Shown here: piece after piece, positions 53,277 to 61,859 of the stretch
Numbering within the stretch: the stretch's first letter is position 1
Layout of the letters: every line of letters begins with the position of its first letter
DNA from: Phenylobacterium sp.
GTDB lineage: Bacteria; Pseudomonadota; Alphaproteobacteria; Caulobacterales; Caulobacteraceae
Direction: 5' to 3'
Assembly (NCBI RefSeq): GCF_030679875.1
Contig: NZ_JAUXSP010000006.1
Span: 129,653 to 193,652 of the forward strand
DNA: 64,000 nt
Notes under the pieces: model-generated
What the model was told of the DNA's origin: nothing
Databases searched by the model: none
What the model saw: only the letters and a program-made list of their open reading frames with translations
Position numbers and translations under genes: made by a program

Positions 53277-53935
53277 GCGCTCTGGCCTCGCCCTCGCCAG
53301 CCTCCGATGGGCTGGCGACCTGGATCACGCCGGCCCGCACCGCCCTGGTGATCATTGACATGCAGGTGGATTTCGCCGCGCCCGAGGGCCGTCTTGGCCA
53401 GTGGGGCGTCGATCTCTCCACCGTGCCGCCAGCCCTGGAAAAGGCGCAGGCCCTGGCGGCGGCGGCCCGGGCGGCGGGGGCCCCGGTGGTCTTTGTCGGC
53501 CTGTTCACGCGATCCGAAACCGACTCCGTCTCCTGGCGCGAGCGGATGCGCCGCCGGGGCGGCGATCCGGACTCCGATTCCGGCCTCTGCCGGGCCGGCG
53601 AGGTGGGGTCGGACTTCTATGGTCCCAAACCTCTGGCCGGCGATAAGGTGGTGGAGAAGGCCCGCTATTCCGGCTTCCACGACGCCCCGCTCGATGCGGT
53701 GCTGAAAGGTCTGGGGGTCGACACCCTGGTGGTGGCGGGCCTGACCACTGAGTGCTGTGTGGACTGCACGGTCCGCGACGCCTTCCATCTGGACTATCAT
53801 GTCTTCATCGCCGCCGACGCCTGCGCCGCCTATGAGGCCGAGGTGCATGCCGCGTCGCTGAAGGCCCTGGAACTGAACTGCGCGATCCTGGTCGAGACCG
53901 ACCAGGTGATCACCGCCTGGGAGGAGGCCGCGTAA
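53273..53935 (+). CDS. Isochorismatase-fold cysteine hydrolase (RutB-like amidohydrolase)
   Basis: 220 aa. Catalytic Asp in ALVIIDMQVDF, Lys in VVEKARYSGF, Cys in VAGLTTECCVDCTVRDA. ATGA overlap with the monooxygenase gene. Confidence 0.85.
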   Translation: MSALASPSPASDGLATWITPARTALVIIDMQVDFAAPEGRLGQWGVDLSTVPPALEKAQALAAAARAAGAPVVFVGLFTRSETDSVSWRERMRRRGGDPDSDSGLCRAGEVGSDFYGPKPLAGDKVVEKARYSGFHDAPLDAVLKGLGVDTLVVAGLTTECCVDCTVRDAFHLDYHVFIAADACAAYEAEVHAASLKALELNCAILVETDQVITAWEEAA

Positions 53936-55317
53936 TGGCCGATGGATTTCAACTGCCCGGCGCCCAGGCGCCGTTCACGGTCTCCGAGGCCGACCGCGCC
54001 GCCATCGCCGCGGCGATCAGTGAGACCGAGATCGTCGAGCTGGCCCTGGAGCTGGGCAATATTCCGAGCCCCGCCGGCCACGAGTTCGCCGCCGGCGAGT
54101 TCGTCCACGACTGGATGAAGCGCGAGGGCTTCAGCCCCCGCCGGGTCGGCGCGACGCCCGAGCGCAACAACATCATCGGGACCTATGGCGGAGCAGGCGA
54201 GGGCAAGAACCTGCTGTTCACCGCCCACCTGGACACCGAGGCGCCGACCTGGAATCCCGACCTCGACGCCTACAAGTACCGGCCCGAGACCCTGGACAAT
54301 CCGGAGTGGGAGAAGTGCTGGCTCGAGGACGGGGTCCTCTATGGCTATCCCATCGCCAATGACCGGGGGCCGATGAGCTGCTTCCTGATCGCGGCCAAGG
54401 CCCTGAAGACCGCCGGCTATGACCTGGCCGGCAAGCTCTATCTGACCGCCTGCCCCGGCGAGATCGGCCCTGAGCCCATCGAGGAGCACAGGGGCGTAGC
54501 CTATATGGGCAAGGATATTGGCGCCCATTACCTGTTCCACCACGGGGGCGTGGCGCCCGACTACGCCATCGCCGCCGAGGGCTGCGACTTTGGCCTGACC
54601 TGGGTCGGCTGCGGCTATGCCGTGTTCCGCTTCCGCCTGTGGGGGGAGGGGGTGTTCACCCCCCTGCTGACCCAGCCGGAGAAGTCGGGGGACCACCCCA
54701 ATCCGATCTATCGCCTGGGCGCGCTGACCGACGCCATCCACCAGTGGAGCCGCCAGTACGAGACCGACAGCGCCTATGAGAGCGCCGGCGGCGTGGCCCT
54801 GCCAAAGGCGCAGATCGCCGCGGTGCGCGGGGGCATTCCCTACGCCTTCGGGGCCGGCACCGAGCTGGTGAACCTCTATCTGGAGGTGGGCTTGAACCCC
54901 CGCCAACGCATCGCCGATCTGCAGCACTCCCTGGAGCGCATGGTCCGCGCCGCAGGTCTGGGCGAGGTGGATATCGAGCCCGTCGTGGTCCGCCACGGCT
55001 TTGAGGCCGACGCCGCCGAGGTCGCCCCCCTGGTCGGCGCGGTGGACGCCGCTACCCGCCTGTCGCTGGGCCACCCGGTGCAGCGGGCCGCGCCGGTCTA
55101 TTCCAGCATGTGGCGGGACCACAACGTCTTCAACATGCAGCGCATTCCGGCCATCACCACCGGCTTCAAGCGCTGGCGGCCGACCCCGAAGGACCTGACC
55201 GACAGCGCGCTGGTCTATGCGCTGACGGCGCTGGCGGTCTGTGGCCGGGCGGAGAGCGCCCAGGCCAAGAGCGGCCCGCCCCCCGTCTATGGCGACAACC
55301 CGTTCGGGAACGACTGA
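53935..55317 (+). CDS. M20-family metallohydrolase (ArgE/DapE/carbamoylase-type amidohydrolase)
   Basis: 460 aa. The metal-binding context LLFTAHLDTE and an M20-like catalytic/dimerisation layout. The G-R-G-x-x-D-x-K-G loop appears modified (IANDRGPMSCF). TAATG overlap upstream and TGATG overlap downstream. Confidence 0.75.
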   Translation: MADGFQLPGAQAPFTVSEADRAAIAAAISETEIVELALELGNIPSPAGHEFAAGEFVHDWMKREGFSPRRVGATPERNNIIGTYGGAGEGKNLLFTAHLDTEAPTWNPDLDAYKYRPETLDNPEWEKCWLEDGVLYGYPIANDRGPMSCFLIAAKALKTAGYDLAGKLYLTACPGEIGPEPIEEHRGVAYMGKDIGAHYLFHHGGVAPDYAIAAEGCDFGLTWVGCGYAVFRFRLWGEGVFTPLLTQPEKSGDHPNPIYRLGALTDAIHQWSRQYETDSAYESAGGVALPKAQIAAVRGGIPYAFGAGTELVNLYLEVGLNPRQRIADLQHSLERMVRAAGLGEVDIEPVVVRHGFEADAAEVAPLVGAVDAATRLSLGHPVQRAAPVYSSMWRDHNVFNMQRIPAITTGFKRWRPTPKDLTDSALVYALTALAVCGRAESAQAKSGPPPVYGDNPFGND

Positions 55318-55835
55318 TGGGTCAGGCGACAAACTTCGGCGACCTCGAGATCGGCGCCCCCTTCGAAGCGCCGGCCTGGCGCGCGGCCATGGGCGCCTTC
55401 GCCAGCGGCGTGGTCATCGTCACCACAGAGGACGAGGAGGGCCGGCCCGTGGGCACCACGGTCAGCGCCTTCTCTTCGGTCTCGCTGGATCCGCCCCTGC
55501 TGCTGGTCTGCCTGGACCACAAGAGCCGCACCCGGGCGGCCGTGCGTCGCTCAGGTCATTTCTGCATCAACATCCTGGCCGCCGGCCAAGGGGGGCTCGC
55601 CCGTCTGTTCGCCGGCCCCGGCGCCACTGACCGGTTCGCCGAGGTGGCGATCACGCCGGGCGTCCTGGGCGCGCCGCAGATCACCGGCGCCCTGGCCAGC
55701 ATCGACTGTCGCCTGCACTCCCTGCACGCGGCCGGCGACCACGACATCCTGATCGGCCGGGGCCTGAACATTCAGGCCGCCGCCGGCGAGCCCCTCATCT
55801 ACAGCCAGGGCCGGTTCCTGGGCCCAGAGGACTGA
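55317..55835 (+). CDS. Flavin reductase (HpaC/RutF-like, flavin_reduct domain)
   Basis: 172 aa. ...AMGAFASGVVIVTTEDEEGRPVGTTVSAFSSVSLDPPLLLVCLD... is the canonical domain sequence. Confidence 0.85.
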   Translation: MGQATNFGDLEIGAPFEAPAWRAAMGAFASGVVIVTTEDEEGRPVGTTVSAFSSVSLDPPLLLVCLDHKSRTRAAVRRSGHFCINILAAGQGGLARLFAGPGATDRFAEVAITPGVLGAPQITGALASIDCRLHSLHAAGDHDILIGRGLNIQAAAGEPLIYSQGRFLGPED

Positions 55836-55847
55836 AGGTCAAAGACC

Positions 55848-56660
55848 ATGGGATATGACGTTCTGGACGTGAAGCCGATGACCCGCCGGATCGGCGCCGA
55901 GGTGTTCGGGCTCGATCTTGGCAAGCCGCTGAGCAACCGGCAGACCGCCGAGCTGCGCGAGGCGCTGGCCAATCACCAGGTGCTGTTCTTCCGCGACCAG
56001 GAGATGGATCACGACGCCCACAAGGCGGTCGGCCGGCTGTTTGGCGAACTGGCCATCCACTCGGCCATCGCCGGCATCGAGGGCCATCCCGAGATCGTCG
56101 CCATCCACGCTGATGCCGACTCCAAGTTCGTGGCCGGCGAGAACTGGCATTCGGACCTGACCTGCGATCCGGCCCCGCCGCTGGGCTCTATCCTCTACAT
56201 GCCGGTGGTGCCCGAGAGCGGCGGCGACACCGTCTTCGCCTCGATGTACGCGGCCTATGACACCCTGTCGGAGCGGATGAAGGCCTATCTGGAGGGGCTG
56301 CAGGCGGTCCACGACGCCAACCCCGTCTATCAGAAGCTCTTCCCGGATCTGGACCGGAAGTACAACCGCTCGGTCCATCCGGTGATCCGCACCCATCCGG
56401 TGACGGGCAAGAAGCTGATCTTCGTCAACCCGTCCTACACCACCCACATCGAGGGCATGCCCGAGGACGAGAGCGCGGCCATCCTTAACTTCCTCTACGT
56501 CCACTGCATGAACCCCAACTACCAGGTCCGCTTCCGCTGGCAGGCCAATTCGGTGGCCTTCTGGGACAACCGCTGCACCTGGCACCAGGCCATCTGGGAC
56601 TACTTCCCGGATACGCGCTCAGGGTTCCGGGTGACGGTGGCGGGGGATAAGCCGTTTTAA
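55848..56660 (+). CDS. TauD/TfdA-family Fe(II)/2-oxoglutarate dioxygenase
   Basis: 270 aa. Iron ligands in ENWHSDLT and a distal His (...RCTWHQAI...); ...GGDTVFASMYAAYDTLS... is typical. Confidence 0.9.
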   Translation: MGYDVLDVKPMTRRIGAEVFGLDLGKPLSNRQTAELREALANHQVLFFRDQEMDHDAHKAVGRLFGELAIHSAIAGIEGHPEIVAIHADADSKFVAGENWHSDLTCDPAPPLGSILYMPVVPESGGDTVFASMYAAYDTLSERMKAYLEGLQAVHDANPVYQKLFPDLDRKYNRSVHPVIRTHPVTGKKLIFVNPSYTTHIEGMPEDESAAILNFLYVHCMNPNYQVRFRWQANSVAFWDNRCTWHQAIWDYFPDTRSGFRVTVAGDKPF

Positions 56661-56784
56661 GGGAGTGCGGTGTTGTCGGACGGAATTCGCCTTAGACCTC
56701 GTTGAGGCGGCGTGACCGAAGCTCTACGCCCAGACGTGCCGCCGAGTAGCTGAGCAACACTGCTGCGCGAACGAGGAAGTGAGC

Positions 56785-57183
56785 ATGAACCTCAGGTTCA
56801 TCCTAATCTGCGGGGTGCTATCAGCCTGCTCAGTGCCTGAATCAGGCGTGAGCCAGCATCCGGTAGAGCCGGCCGGCGTGCCGGTAACGCTGATGACTAC
56901 GTGGCTGGTTCCCGATCAGCCACCCCACGTTGCGCAGACTGAATTCCCCAGTGCTGCCGAGTGCGAGGCCGCACGGGAAGTAGTGCTGGCGGAGGGGAAA
57001 TCTCTGCGCGAGCACCTCACCGAACAGAACGCCTCTGATAAGGCAGCTGTGCTTAGCGAGCTTCGAGATGCGGGTTGTGGACTCGGTTGCAGGCCAGGCC
57101 CGGCGCATCTCAAACGAATGGCCGGCCAACCTCTGCCTTCGGTTAGCGCGAGTTGCCTTGCTGGTGGAGAAGTGCCGCGCTGA
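56785..57183 (+). CDS. Hypothetical lipoprotein
   Basis: MNLRFILICGVLSAC has a lipobox (LSAC). GC content and codon usage are visibly lower than in flanking genes. AGGAAG lies upstream of the ATG at 56785. Confidence 0.5.
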   Translation: MNLRFILICGVLSACSVPESGVSQHPVEPAGVPVTLMTTWLVPDQPPHVAQTEFPSAAECEAAREVVLAEGKSLREHLTEQNASDKAAVLSELRDAGCGLGCRPGPAHLKRMAGQPLPSVSASCLAGGEVPR

Positions 57184-57222
57184 GGCCTCCGCCTATCGGC
57201 TCCCGGGATCTCGTACCGTTGA

Positions 57223-57528
57223 TCAGGGGGGTAGTGATTCCGCTTCCCAGTCCCTGCCGGCATAGAATACCCGCAGGATCGTGACCTGCTCGCCGACGAC
57301 GAACGCGATGGTCACGCGCCGTTCGAAGCCGATCATGCGAAGGCCTGGCCGAATGTCGTCTCGCCGCGTGCCGCGTTCGGCTGCGGTTTCGAAGCCGGCG
57401 ATGAACCGCTCGATCCGGCCGATGTAGGCCATCGCGGTCTCGGGTGAGGCCTCGCTGGCGATCCAGTCGTATAGCGCAAGAAGGTCGTCTTTTGCTTCCG
57501 GGCTGAAGACGATGGTGCGGCGGATCAC
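57223..57528 (-). CDS. parE: Type II toxin, ParE/RelE superfamily
   Basis: 101 aa. MIRRTIVFSPEAKDDLLALYDWIA...GTRRDDIRPGLRMIGFERRVTIAFVV..EQVTILRVFYAGRDWE is classic ParE. Confidence 0.85.
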   Translation of the reverse strand: MIRRTIVFSPEAKDDLLALYDWIASEASPETAMAYIGRIERFIAGFETAAERGTRRDDIRPGLRMIGFERRVTIAFVVGEQVTILRVFYAGRDWEAESLPP

Positions 57529-57800
57529 TTGCGATCCTTCGACCGTTCCTGGTGCCGCGCGTGGATGTCGGAGAAGACCGACGCCGACGATACGGCGCGA
57601 CCTGGATCATCTCGCATGGCGTCGTAGGTGGGGGCGACCTCATCGCGGAGCCAGCGGCTGATGGCTTCGTCGCGTTCCTTCAGGGCGCGCAGGCCAGCGC
57701 GGACAACCTCGCTGGCCGAGGCGTAGTCGCCTGAGCTCACCTTGGCGTCGATGAATTCAGCTTGGTCCCGGGGCAGGCTTACGGTTCTCTTCTCGATCAT
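57525..57800 (-). CDS. parD: Type II antitoxin, ParD (RHH/CopG type)
   Basis: 91 aa. ...RTVSLPRDQAEFIDAKVSSGDYASASEVVRAGLRALKERDE... 4-nt overlap with parE. Confidence 0.85.
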   Translation of the reverse strand: MIEKRTVSLPRDQAEFIDAKVSSGDYASASEVVRAGLRALKERDEAISRWLRDEVAPTYDAMRDDPGRAVSSASVFSDIHARHQERSKDRK

Positions 57801-57890
57801 GGGCTGCGCCTTCTGCTCTGATAGAAGGCTAGCATGCGGTGTGATTTATTCATACCGATTGCCCGGGCGTCACAGGCCAGAGGGCTTCAC

Positions 57891-58661
57891 ATGCGGTCAG
57901 ATCTCCTTGAGCGCTATGACGCTGAGATGCGGCGGGAGCCGCCGTCGAGCCAGGGACTGGTGGCGACCCGAGTCGGGGGGCGGGTGCGGTTGAGCGGACC
58001 CTACAACTGCATCGTCTATTCTGATCTTTCGACGGCCGATGCGGAGGCGCAGGTGGCCGCTGAGGTCGCCCATCTGACGGCCACGGGCGGACAGCTGGAG
58101 TGGAAGGTTCACGGTCATGACAGGCCGGGTGACCTGCCGCTCATCCTGGCGCGTCACGGCTTTACGCCAGAGCCGATGGAGACCCTGCTGGTCCGGGCCA
58201 TCGATGAGACCCTGTTGCAGCCGGCGTTGGAGCGGGACCTGTCGATCAGGCAGGTGGCGACGGCCGCCGATGTCGATGATTTCCTGAAAGCCGTCGAGGC
58301 CGCCTTCGGCCACCCCTTCCGCTATGATCCAGGCCAGCTTCTCGCGGGGATCAGCGGAGGCGAGGTCTCGGTGCATGTGGCCTATGCCGAGGGCGTACCG
58401 ATCGCGGCCGGGCGCCTGGAGATGCCGGCAGGGCGCAGCTTCGCGGGCCTCTATACCGGCGGCGTCGCCCCGGCGCACAGGGGACGCGGCCTCTATCGCG
58501 CCCTGGTGCAGAGCCGGGCGCGGGAGGCGGCGGGGCGGGGGTACGAATACCTGATCACCGAGGCGCTGGAGACCAGCCGACCGATCCTGCAGAACCTCGG
58601 CTTTACGCCGCTGACCACGGTCCAGGGCTGGGTTCTCACCGCGGATGGCGCAGAGGGCTGA
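57891..58661 (+). CDS. Two-domain GNAT-family N-acetyltransferase
   Basis: 256 aa from MRSDLLERYD. The C-terminal GNAT motif A is ...GVAPAHRGRGLYRALVQSRAREAAGRGYEYL... Confidence 0.75.
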   Translation: MRSDLLERYDAEMRREPPSSQGLVATRVGGRVRLSGPYNCIVYSDLSTADAEAQVAAEVAHLTATGGQLEWKVHGHDRPGDLPLILARHGFTPEPMETLLVRAIDETLLQPALERDLSIRQVATAADVDDFLKAVEAAFGHPFRYDPGQLLAGISGGEVSVHVAYAEGVPIAAGRLEMPAGRSFAGLYTGGVAPAHRGRGLYRALVQSRAREAAGRGYEYLITEALETSRPILQNLGFTPLTTVQGWVLTADGAEG

Positions 58662-58679
58662 GCGCCGACGGGCTCCCCG

Positions 58680-59513
58680 TCACGCCTCGGGGAAGCTGAT
58701 GCTGGTCGAGACGCCGGCCCAGTCGCCGATCTCGGTGGTCATCGCGCCCATCTTGCGCATGGCGTAGTGCAGGGCGTCCGCGCCCAGCAGCAGATGCAGG
58801 GGCGCGTCCTTTGCCCCGGCGATCTTCAGGATGGCGGCGGCGGCGCGGGCCGGGTCGCCGCTTTCCTGGCCGGCGTGTTCGGCCAGCAGCTTGGGCGCCC
58901 TGTGGGCGGTCTCGGCATAGTCGTCGATCACCTGGGCGGCGCGTATCAGCGAGCGGCCGGCATAGTCGGTGCGCATGCCGCCGGGCGCCACATTGGTCAC
59001 CTGGATATTGAGGTGCGCCACCTCCTGGGCCAGGGCCTCGCCCAGGCCTTCCAGGGCGAACTTGCTGGCGCAGTAGACGCCCGTCCCCGACCAGGCGGCC
59101 AGGCCGCTGACCGAGGTGATGTTGATCACATGGCCTGAGCGGCGGGCGCGCATACCCGGCAGGGCGGCGCGCAGAACGGCCAGGGGGCCGATCAGATTGG
59201 CCTCGAATTGAGCGCGGGCCTCATCGAGGCTGGTCTCTTCCACCGCGCCGGTCAGGCCATAGCCGGCATTGTTGACCAGGATGTCGATCCCGCCGGCCAG
59301 GGCCTCGGCGCCCGCGACGGCGGCCTGGACGGCGGCCTCATCGGTGACGTCAGCGACGAACCCCTGGGCGTTTGCATGGAGCGCTGCGAAGGCCGCCAGA
59401 TCAGCGGGCTTGCGGACCGTGCCAGCGACGATATCGCCAGCCTCAAGGGCGGCCAGCGCCAGGGCGCGGCCGAGGCCGCCGCTGACGCCGGTGATGAACC
59501 AGGTGCGCGTCAT
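58680..59513 (-). CDS. SDR-family oxidoreductase
   Basis: 277 aa. WFITGVSGGLGRALA, NNAG, YCASKFA. Confidence 0.85.
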   Translation of the reverse strand: MTRTWFITGVSGGLGRALALAALEAGDIVAGTVRKPADLAAFAALHANAQGFVADVTDEAAVQAAVAGAEALAGGIDILVNNAGYGLTGAVEETSLDEARAQFEANLIGPLAVLRAALPGMRARRSGHVINITSVSGLAAWSGTGVYCASKFALEGLGEALAQEVAHLNIQVTNVAPGGMRTDYAGRSLIRAAQVIDDYAETAHRAPKLLAEHAGQESGDPARAAAAILKIAGAKDAPLHLLLGADALHYAMRKMGAMTTEIGDWAGVSTSISFPEA

Positions 59514-59514
59514 G

Positions 59515-60369
59515 TCAGTAGGGCGCGTCGCCCTTGGCCCACAGGCGATGCATGGTCCGGAAATACTTGGTGTCGTCGTAGAGGGTGCCGGTGTGCAGGG
59601 TGCAGCGGTTATCCCACATCAGCACGTCGCCGACCTGCCACTTGTGGCGGAAGACGAAGGGGTCGCTGGTCATGAATTCCACCAGCTCGTCCACCAGCTC
59701 CAGGCCCTTGGGGTTCTCCATCCCCACCACCTCGGTCACCGTGCCCGTGGAGGGCCACAGCGCCTTGCGGCCATCGGCCGGGTGGGTGCGGATCAGGGGA
59801 TGCTCGACATCGGGATTGTCGCGCTTGAGCTCGTCCGACAGCTCCTGGCGGCCGAATTCCCGGGTGGCCATGAAGTGCTGGTAGGAGTGGTGCAGGCGGA
59901 GACCGTCCAGTTCTTTCTGGCGCTCAGGGCTGAGCGCGTTCCAGGCCGCGCAGCCATCGGCCAGCAAGGTGTCGGAGCCCTCGGCCGGCACCTCCACCGC
60001 ATAGAGCATGGTGCACATCACCGGCTGCGCCTTGTAGGAATAGTCGGTGTGCCAGCCGACCCCGTCATTGTGGGCGCCGATGGGTTTGCCATCCACCTCG
60101 CGGTTGGACAGGACGAAGACCTTGGGCTGGCCGGGCAGGGTGAACTGCTTCTGAGTGTGGTCCTCGGGCTCGCCGAACAGGGCCACGAAATCCACCAGCT
60201 GGGCCGGCGTCATGTCCTGGCCGCGCAGCAGTATGGCGCCGTGCCGATGGAAGGTGTCGACCACGCCGGCCAGGGTCTCGCCATCGGCGCGGGCGAGGTC
60301 CACGTCCAGGATCTCGGCGCCGAAACCGGGCTTCAGCTCTTGGGTCTTCAGTTGGACGGCGGTGGTCAT
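59515..60369 (-). CDS. TauD/TfdA-family Fe(II)/2-oxoglutarate dioxygenase (second paralogue)
   Basis: 284 aa from MTTAVQLKTQELKPGFGAEILDVDL. Iron ligands in VGWHTDYSY and ...DNRCTLHTG... 1-nt gap to the SDR gene. Confidence 0.85.
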   Translation of the reverse strand: MTTAVQLKTQELKPGFGAEILDVDLARADGETLAGVVDTFHRHGAILLRGQDMTPAQLVDFVALFGEPEDHTQKQFTLPGQPKVFVLSNREVDGKPIGAHNDGVGWHTDYSYKAQPVMCTMLYAVEVPAEGSDTLLADGCAAWNALSPERQKELDGLRLHHSYQHFMATREFGRQELSDELKRDNPDVEHPLIRTHPADGRKALWPSTGTVTEVVGMENPKGLELVDELVEFMTSDPFVFRHKWQVGDVLMWDNRCTLHTGTLYDDTKYFRTMHRLWAKGDAPY

Positions 60370-60632
60370 CGGCGCAGGCTCCGGCTGTGTGACGACGACC
60401 TTAGCCGCAGGGCCGGGCGCAGGTCTTGTCCATCCGCGCACATTTGCTTGCCAGCGCCCGAGCGGGGGGTCGGCCGGCTGATCAGCCCCTGATCACCGCC
60501 GCCTGCAAATGGGGCGTTCGGGGGATTTGGCCGCTGGCTGGCCAAGTTGTCGTGCGCGCTGGTGCAAGACCGCCCCCACCGTGGCGCCTACCGTCAAGGC
60601 CTCGACCGAACCGGAAGCCGAGGGTCCACAGC

Positions 60633-61859
60633 ATGAGCGCGCACCTCTTGAACGACGCCTTTTTCGACGGGCTTTCCACCTCCATGGAGGGGTTTGAGAC
60701 CGCCGAGACCCTGCCGCCGGCCTGCTATGTGGACGCCGGATTCTACGAGTTCGAGAAGGAGGCGGTGTTCAACCACGAGTGGCTCTGCGTCGGGCGCGAG
60801 TCCTGGGTGAAGACGGCCGGCGACTACTTCACCACCACGATCATCGGCGAGCCCGTCATCGTGGCCCGCACCCGCAAGAACGAACTGGTGGCCATGAGCT
60901 CGGTCTGCCAGCACCGGGCCATGCTGGTGGCCGAGGGGCACGGTAATACCCGCGGCTTCGTCTGCCCCTATCACCACTGGACCTATGGCCTGGACGGCAA
61001 GCTGGTGAACGCCCCGGCCATGGAGCAGACCTGCGGCTTCGACAAGAAGAAGATCGCCCTGCCGAGGTTCAAGGTCGAGGTGTGGCTGGGCTTCGTGTTC
61101 ATCAATTTCGACCTGGACGCCGCGCCCTTGGGACCGCGCCTGACCGAGATCGAGAGCGCGCTGGCCGGCTACGATCTGGCCAACGCCGAGGGGCCGCGCC
61201 CCGATCCGGCCGCCAAGCTCCCCTGGAACTGGAAGGTGATGTTCGAGAACAATAACGACGGCTATCACGCCAGCCGTCTGCACCAGGGGCCGCTGCACGA
61301 CTTCGTACCCAGCGCCCAGTCGGTGTTCCCCGAGCCGCCCCACGGCGCGGCGGGCTATCTGCGCTTCAACGGCACCCTGCATGCCGACGCCAGCTTCAAC
61401 GTGACGCAAAAGGCCCTGCTGCCGGTCTTCCCCAAGCTGACCGAGGTCGACCGCAACCGGATGACCTTTGCGAACATCCCGCCGACGCTTTCGCTCGTCG
61501 TCACCAGCGACATGGTCATCTATCTGATCGTCCGCGCCGACGGGGCCGAGACCCACGAGATGGACACCGGCCTGCTGTTTGCGCCCGGCGCCATGGAAGA
61601 CCCGGCCTTCGAGCACAAGCTGGCCATGAACATGGCCGCGGCCGGATCCATCATCGCCCAGGACCTGCATGTGGACGGCCTGGTCCAGGCGGGCCTGCGC
61701 TCGCGCTTCGCCATCCGTGGCCGCTATTCTTGGCAGGAGGGGGCCCAGATCGCCTTCAACCGCTGGCTGACGCCGCGCTATCAGGGGACCTGGAAGGCGA
61801 TGCAGGCCGACGTCGGCGCAAAGGCGCCCGTCGCCGCGCCGGCCCGGGTTCCGGCATGA
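60633..61859 (+). CDS. Rieske [2Fe-2S] non-heme iron oxygenase, alpha subunit
   Basis: 408 aa. The Rieske motif is CQHRAMLV...(17 aa)...CPYHHWTY. The catalytic-domain motif is ...ENNNDGYHASRLH... ATG at 60633. Confidence 0.85.
   Translation: MSAHLLNDAFFDGLSTSMEGFETAETLPPACYVDAGFYEFEKEAVFNHEWLCVGRESWVKTAGDYFTTTIIGEPVIVARTRKNELVAMSSVCQHRAMLVAEGHGNTRGFVCPYHHWTYGLDGKLVNAPAMEQTCGFDKKKIALPRFKVEVWLGFVFINFDLDAAPLGPRLTEIESALAGYDLANAEGPRPDPAAKLPWNWKVMFENNNDGYHASRLHQGPLHDFVPSAQSVFPEPPHGAAGYLRFNGTLHADASFNVTQKALLPVFPKLTEVDRNRMTFANIPPTLSLVVTSDMVIYLIVRADGAETHEMDTGLLFAPGAMEDPAFEHKLAMNMAAAGSIIAQDLHVDGLVQAGLRSRFAIRGRYSWQEGAQIAFNRWLTPRYQGTWKAMQADVGAKAPVAAPARVPA

Noticed and set aside
50741-55332. Minus-strand ORFs 50741-51682, 51686-52213, 52185-53117, 53210-53848 and 53830-55332 across the Rut-like island
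   Set aside because: All are antisense to recognisable plus-strand genes that are translationally coupled. The composition is a typical GC-artefact.
46778-56660. Reading the island simply as the canonical rutABCDEFG operon
   Set aside because: RutC, RutD, the NCS2-type RutG and TetR-type RutR are missing. The gene order differs and extra M20, TauD, MFS and TonB-receptor genes are inserted. By eye the monooxygenase matches RutA only in blocks, at paralogue-level similarity.
57891-58661. The GNAT gene as a GNAT-type toxin (TacT/AtaT-like) forming a second toxin-antitoxin pair with ParD
   Set aside because: It is ~256 aa with an extra N-terminal domain, whereas GNAT toxins are ~170 aa. It is transcribed divergently from parDE, and ParD already has its cognate ParE with a 4-nt overlap.
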